Shown here in pieces: positions 16,368 through 20,000 of a stretch of DNA of 20,000 nucleotides. Source of the DNA: an uncultured virus (IMG/VR IMGVR_UViG_3300020048_000097) (lineage: Duplodnaviria > Heunggongvirae > Uroviricota > Caudoviricetes); IMG/VR virus record IMGVR_UViG_3300020048_000097; one strand, written 5' to 3'. The notes below the pieces were generated by a model. The model was not told where the DNA came from. It made no database searches and saw nothing but the letters and a program-made list of their open reading frames with translations. Made by a program: the position numbers and the translations under genes. The first letter of the stretch is position 1; each line of letters opens with the position of its first letter.

Positions 16368-16805
16368 ATGAATAAAAATATTTCTTTGTTAAAAAAAATT
16401 AAACTTTTTTCGCAATTTAAAAAAGGTATAAAAGCCAATAGTGTTGAATTGGAGAATAAGTTTAACCTTCGAATTGATAGTGCTAATAGATTATACACTG
16501 TTATAAATGTTCCACCTGAATTAATTGGTGAGGCATATAATATTAAAAAATCCGACATAGATCGAATTGCTGATAATTTCATTCGTGAATATTCAAAAGA
16601 GTTAGCGGTTTTTCTTAATTCAAAAGATCTTAATGAATTATATGAGTTTTATGATTTGAAAAAAGTCGATAAATACTCGTATTTGGTTGTTGTTGGATTC
16701 TCATTCTTTAGAAGTGATGAAAGAAGATCAAGAATTTATAAATATTGGATTCCGATACTATCTGTATTAAGTATTTTAACTGCGTTATTTTTACTTTTAA
16801 AATAA
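16368..16805 (+). CDS. Hypothetical protein with a C-terminal membrane anchor
   Basis: 145 aa; ends RRSRIYKY-WIPILSVLSILTALFLLLK. Confidence 0.75.
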   Translation: MNKNISLLKKIKLFSQFKKGIKANSVELENKFNLRIDSANRLYTVINVPPELIGEAYNIKKSDIDRIADNFIREYSKELAVFLNSKDLNELYEFYDLKKVDKYSYLVVVGFSFFRSDERRSRIYKYWIPILSVLSILTALFLLLK

Positions 16806-16830
16806 ACTTTTATATAATAAATAATTATAA
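16804..16830 (+). promoter_or_regulatory. Candidate phage promoter, AAAC-N18-TATAA class
   Basis: AAACTTTTATATAATAAATAATTATAA upstream of ATG 16865. Confidence 0.35.
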
Positions 16831-16864
16831 ATTAAAATAACAATAACAAATTAAAAATTAAATT

Positions 16865-17314
16865 ATGGCAAAAGAAAACACACAAGAAGCATTTTATGAA
16901 TTAGATGAGACTACTGAAGAACTTTTTATGGATGTCTTCAATAAGAAGTCTTTTCCGGTGAATATTAACTTCTTATTTATTGGTAGTTCTAAACAAAAAC
17001 AATTAATTAAAGTTGCTAAATTACCAGATGATATCGCGTTTGTTGTTAAAAAAGAATTAAAAGTTACTATCAACGAAGATTTATTAAATGTCTTTGATGA
17101 AGAGTCTATTACAATTCTTATTGAGCAAGAAATTGATAAAGTGAATATCAATATGGAAAGTGGTAAAATTAAATTAGTTGGTACTGATTTAAATACATTC
17201 TCATCTATTGTAAATAAATATGGTGTTGAGAAAGTAGCAAGAGCAAATAAAGTTGAAGAACTTTATACTGAGCAACAAAAAGACGCTAAGAGCGACGAAG
17301 AATTTATTATTTAA
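16865..17314 (+). CDS. Putative phage metallopeptidase-fold protein (PF18894-like) lacking the metal-binding histidines
   Basis: VTINEDLLNVFDEESITILIEQEIDKV...KLVGTDLNTFSSIVNKYG aligns by eye to the family pattern aLidHELxH...gHDveeF..iv.rYG. Confidence 0.6.
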   Translation: MAKENTQEAFYELDETTEELFMDVFNKKSFPVNINFLFIGSSKQKQLIKVAKLPDDIAFVVKKELKVTINEDLLNVFDEESITILIEQEIDKVNINMESGKIKLVGTDLNTFSSIVNKYGVEKVARANKVEELYTEQQKDAKSDEEFII

Positions 17315-17316
17315 TT

Positions 17317-17559
17317 ATGAGTATAGGAAATAGATATGTAGTTGCTTTACAGAAGAGATATGAAGCAGAAATGGCAGAAGCGGATGCTAATTTAGCATTG
17401 TATTTATCTAGTAATAATTTAGCAGCGATCGGTGAACATTCTGATTTAATGGAAGAGCAAGATAAGTGGGTTGAAAAATACACAAATGCTAAAGATAAAT
17501 TAGAAACTTTAAAATCATTAAATTTTAATGATGATAATATGCAAAAAATCAACAGCTAG
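17317..17559 (+). CDS. Small coiled-coil protein with an IGEH motif, of a type conserved in T4-like phages
   Basis: ALQKRYEAEMAEADANLALYLSS...AIGEHSDLMEE...AKDKLETL matches a recalled T4-like/cyanomyophage hypothetical family. Confidence 0.7.
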   Translation: MSIGNRYVVALQKRYEAEMAEADANLALYLSSNNLAAIGEHSDLMEEQDKWVEKYTNAKDKLETLKSLNFNDDNMQKINS

Positions 17560-17584
17560 GCTGTAAAAAAATAAAATAAAATAT

Positions 17585-18256
17585 ATGTCAAATATTCAAA
17601 CGAATGTTGTTAAACCAGAGATTAAATTTTTAGCAAATGAACAAGAATATCTTGTTATTTCACCAGAATCTGAAAATCTTTTAGATGGTAAAATTGAAAC
17701 AATTGAAAAATTTATAGAACAAGATGCTAAGGGTAAAACTGATGAAGAAAAAGATTCTTTATATAGAGATGCTCAAATTTTTTGGAAAGAATATGCTGAT
17801 GCAATGAAAGTTGCTAAGTATAACTTCCATTTAAATAGACCACAATGGAAATTCTTAACAGATCTTCTTTTATCTAAATTAGAGTATGATGTTAATACTA
17901 TTTTCTTTGCTATTGAACTTGTTGAGTTATTAGGTTCTATGAGAGAGTCAGGTAAATATACAAATGATAAAGACTTAAATGAATTTCAAGTAAATGCTAC
18001 TGAAATTACTTATATCTATCACCTAATTTCAAACCACAAGATCAAAGGATTAACAAAAGATACTTTCTTATTCAGCGAAGTATTGGTTAAAATTGGTAAC
18101 ATTAGTAAATTGTTTAACTATTATGATGCGGTTGGTAAAAACTTATCTACTGAAATTCAGGATTGGGTTGCTGCATTTGAAGAAGGTGTTACAAGAGAGA
18201 CATCAACCGTTCAAGCAGAAGTTCTTGAACCAGAAAATAATGAAGATGTTAATTAA
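17585..18256 (+). CDS. Hypothetical acidic, helical protein
   Basis: 223 aa ORF with an A-rich leader, followed by a terminator. Confidence 0.8.
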   Translation: MSNIQTNVVKPEIKFLANEQEYLVISPESENLLDGKIETIEKFIEQDAKGKTDEEKDSLYRDAQIFWKEYADAMKVAKYNFHLNRPQWKFLTDLLLSKLEYDVNTIFFAIELVELLGSMRESGKYTNDKDLNEFQVNATEITYIYHLISNHKIKGLTKDTFLFSEVLVKIGNISKLFNYYDAVGKNLSTEIQDWVAAFEEGVTRETSTVQAEVLEPENNEDVN

Positions 18257-18270
18257 TTAACAAAAAAAAT

Positions 18271-18302
18271 AAAAAAGCCTTAGATTTTTCTAAGGCTTTT
18301 TT
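18271..18302. terminator. Bidirectional intrinsic terminator
   Basis: AAAAAAGCCTTAGA-tttt-TCTAAGGCTTTTTT is a perfect 14 bp hairpin between convergent genes. Confidence 0.92.
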
Positions 18303-18304
18303 AT

Positions 18305-20000
18305 TTATATATATTTTATAGGAACAAATGGTCCGATTCTTTCAATTGGAACTACTTTATCTGTTAGATCTTTTATTCCTCTTATCTCATAGTTCTTTTT
18401 GTCTCTATAAATAGAACCATATCCATTATCGGAAGTTACTTCTATTACTAAGAATGGATCTAAATTAGAATCTATTGTGAAGTTATAAGGAAGTATAGGA
18501 TTTGGACCAACTGATGATTGTGTTATACCAGCATTTGGATGTTTAATTTCTCTATATTCTTCTAATACTTGTACTGGTTCATAATCTATCTTCTTCCATC
18601 TAGTTATATCAATCCAGTTATGATTATCACCTTTATCTAATAAAGGAGCCAATATAGATGTTGGATCACCAAGACCGGAATAAACATATATTTCTCTATT
18701 ATATTCTACGATACTTGTTGTTGTGTATGTTTCATTAACATTCCAACTTTGTATGCTCTCATATTCTCTTGGATTATTTACTTTATTATCATCTATTGTT
18801 GATTCATAAAGAGTATCATAGTATATTACTCTATCTCCTTTTTTATAAGTTGTAAATGGTGCCCATTCTTTATATGTTTTATAAGTTTTAACCTTTATTG
18901 TGAAATAGTCTGGTAGTTTTAATTCAACACCATTGAATGGTCTAGGTGGTTCTACGAGTCCGGTAGGATTTTTATCAGCACCAACACCTTCTATTATTGA
19001 ATAGAAATCTAATACACAATTGTAAACAGTAGATCCTGAGTTAACTGGCATCAAATAAGCTTCATTCAACTTAAATGTCACTGGTGTCATATTTTGTTTT
19101 ATATCAATAATTCTTATATCATTAACTTTGTGAGTTATTTGAGTACCACCGGAGAAATATGACTTACCAGTTATATCTAATATTTTATGTGTTAATGGAA
19201 TTATATTTTTTCTTAACCAATGTTTTAAACCTTGTAGTTTAATTGTTATATCATCAATGCTATAATTTAAAATATTATTACCTTCTTTATCAGTTATAAA
19301 ATAAGTTAAATTAAATAAGTTTGTATCTTCAAACTTCTCATTAGGCATTGTATGTTTAATGAAATCATTTTCTGTCCAACCCTCTACGCTATTATCAAAT
19401 ATATCAGGAATCTCAACTTTAAATAGTTTTAAGAAACTTGATGATTTATCATCGACATTTCTATAATACTCATTCAATTGTAAATCATTATAACCAAAGA
19501 AATTAATGGCATTTATTATAGATTTATAAGAACCAATATAAGGATATATTAAGTTCTTCATCAATAACATTTCCTTTCTTTTCATATTTAGAAAACTCCA
19601 ATCAATACCACCTTCTAAGATGTCATAATCCTTAAATATGAATATTTCATGTGGTCCTAAGTTCTTACCTATGTTATTTAACTCTGTTTTGAATCTTATA
19701 TCTTCAATTTCAGTTTGTCCATAAGTTAAGAATCTACCAATCTCTTTATCAATTACTTTAAATGTTGCTTTTAAATATGTTTTTACACCAGATTTAGGAT
19801 AATCGGATATCATTGTAGTTTCATATTCCAAAATATCATTTTCTATATTTATGAAGTCTAATACAATTGATTTGCTATAAACTTCTCTTATTTTAAATAA
19901 ACTACCATTATTGTGTGATATGTACTGATTTTTACTATTGCTCATATCCTTTAAGAATATTGAGATTTTCTGACCTTTCTTCAAACCTCTATTATTGAAG
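18305..20000 (-). CDS. Baseplate-wedge-like structural protein with two CBM5/12-like repeats; 3' part only (starts beyond the window)
   Basis: The frame stays open upstream of 19984 (FNNRG-LKKGQ) to the window edge. YIGSYKSIINAINFFGY resembles the wedge 'GT..si....fG' motif. EWAPFTTYKKGDRVIYYDTLYES and SWNVNETYTTTSIVEYNREIYVY are CBM-like. Confidence 0.6.
   Translation of the reverse strand, partial: FNNRGLKKGQKISIFLKDMSNSKNQYISHNNGSLFKIREVYSKSIVLDFINIENDILEYETTMISDYPKSGVKTYLKATFKVIDKEIGRFLTYGQTEIEDIRFKTELNNIGKNLGPHEIFIFKDYDILEGGIDWSFLNMKRKEMLLMKNLIYPYIGSYKSIINAINFFGYNDLQLNEYYRNVDDKSSSFLKLFKVEIPDIFDNSVEGWTENDFIKHTMPNEKFEDTNLFNLTYFITDKEGNNILNYSIDDITIKLQGLKHWLRKNIIPLTHKILDITGKSYFSGGTQITHKVNDIRIIDIKQNMTPVTFKLNEAYLMPVNSGSTVYNCVLDFYSIIEGVGADKNPTGLVEPPRPFNGVELKLPDYFTIKVKTYKTYKEWAPFTTYKKGDRVIYYDTLYESTIDDNKVNNPREYESIQSWNVNETYTTTSIVEYNREIYVYSGLGDPTSILAPLLDKGDNHNWIDITRWKKIDYEPVQVLEEYREIKHPNAGITQSSVGPNPILPYNFTIDSNLDPFLVIEVTSDNGYGSIYRDKKNYEIRGIKDLTDKVVPIERIGPFVPIKYI

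Noticed and set aside
449..17552. Short ORFs antisense to longer genes (449-640, 665-877, 910-1302, 3134-3388, 4344-4601, 4974-5204, 5491-5745, 7667-8005, 9135-9503, 11746-12060, 11750-11992, 12558-12827, 13260-13454, 16355-16582, 16894-17151, 17307-17552)
   Set aside because: They are shadows of well-supported genes on the opposite strand, with Ser/Phe/Ile-rich antisense composition, mostly non-ATG starts and no recognisable motifs.
1..20000. Stop-codon reassignment (TAG or TGA), as in some large Bacteroidota phages
   Set aside because: All long genes are intact under code 11 and coding density is high. TAG ends genes at 3917 and 17559, and the remainder end in TAA.
1..20000. CRISPR array, tRNA, rRNA, integrase or transposase
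   Set aside because: Intergenic gaps are all short (about 110 nt or less) and AT-rich, with no repeat-spacer pattern or cloverleaf, and no ORF shows recombinase motifs.

Overview
Strongly AT-rich, gene-dense window that reads as part of a large T4-like or jumbo tailed phage (probable myovirus) with a Bacteroidota host. The host inference rests on a canonical TTTG-N20-TAnnTTTG host promoter and A-rich leaders without Shine-Dalgarno sequences. Standard code 11 fits all long ORFs. Contents: a PG-binding + GH19 endolysin, a stand-alone WYL-like protein, a minus-strand operon under a host-type promoter (PolB-family nucleotidyltransferase, membrane protein with a DUF6576-like tail, UVR-motif protein, hypothetical), a four-gene tail-fibre/tailspike cluster, a ~1300 aa repeat-built hydrophobic tape-measure-like protein interrupted by a 10-N scaffold gap, an apparently inactivated phage metallopeptidase, and the 3' part of a baseplate-wedge-like gene with CBM5/12-like repeats. 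Three candidate promoter classes and three bidirectional terminators are visible. The best leads are (1) proteins with a T4-like capsid-targeting N-terminus, one of them a membrane protein, (2) an early operon of short motifs that may mimic host proteolysis modules next to a nucleotidyltransferase, (3) the pseudo-metallopeptidase and (4) two diverged copies of the tape-measure N-terminus flanking the gap. All family calls come from motif recognition by eye; no searches were run.
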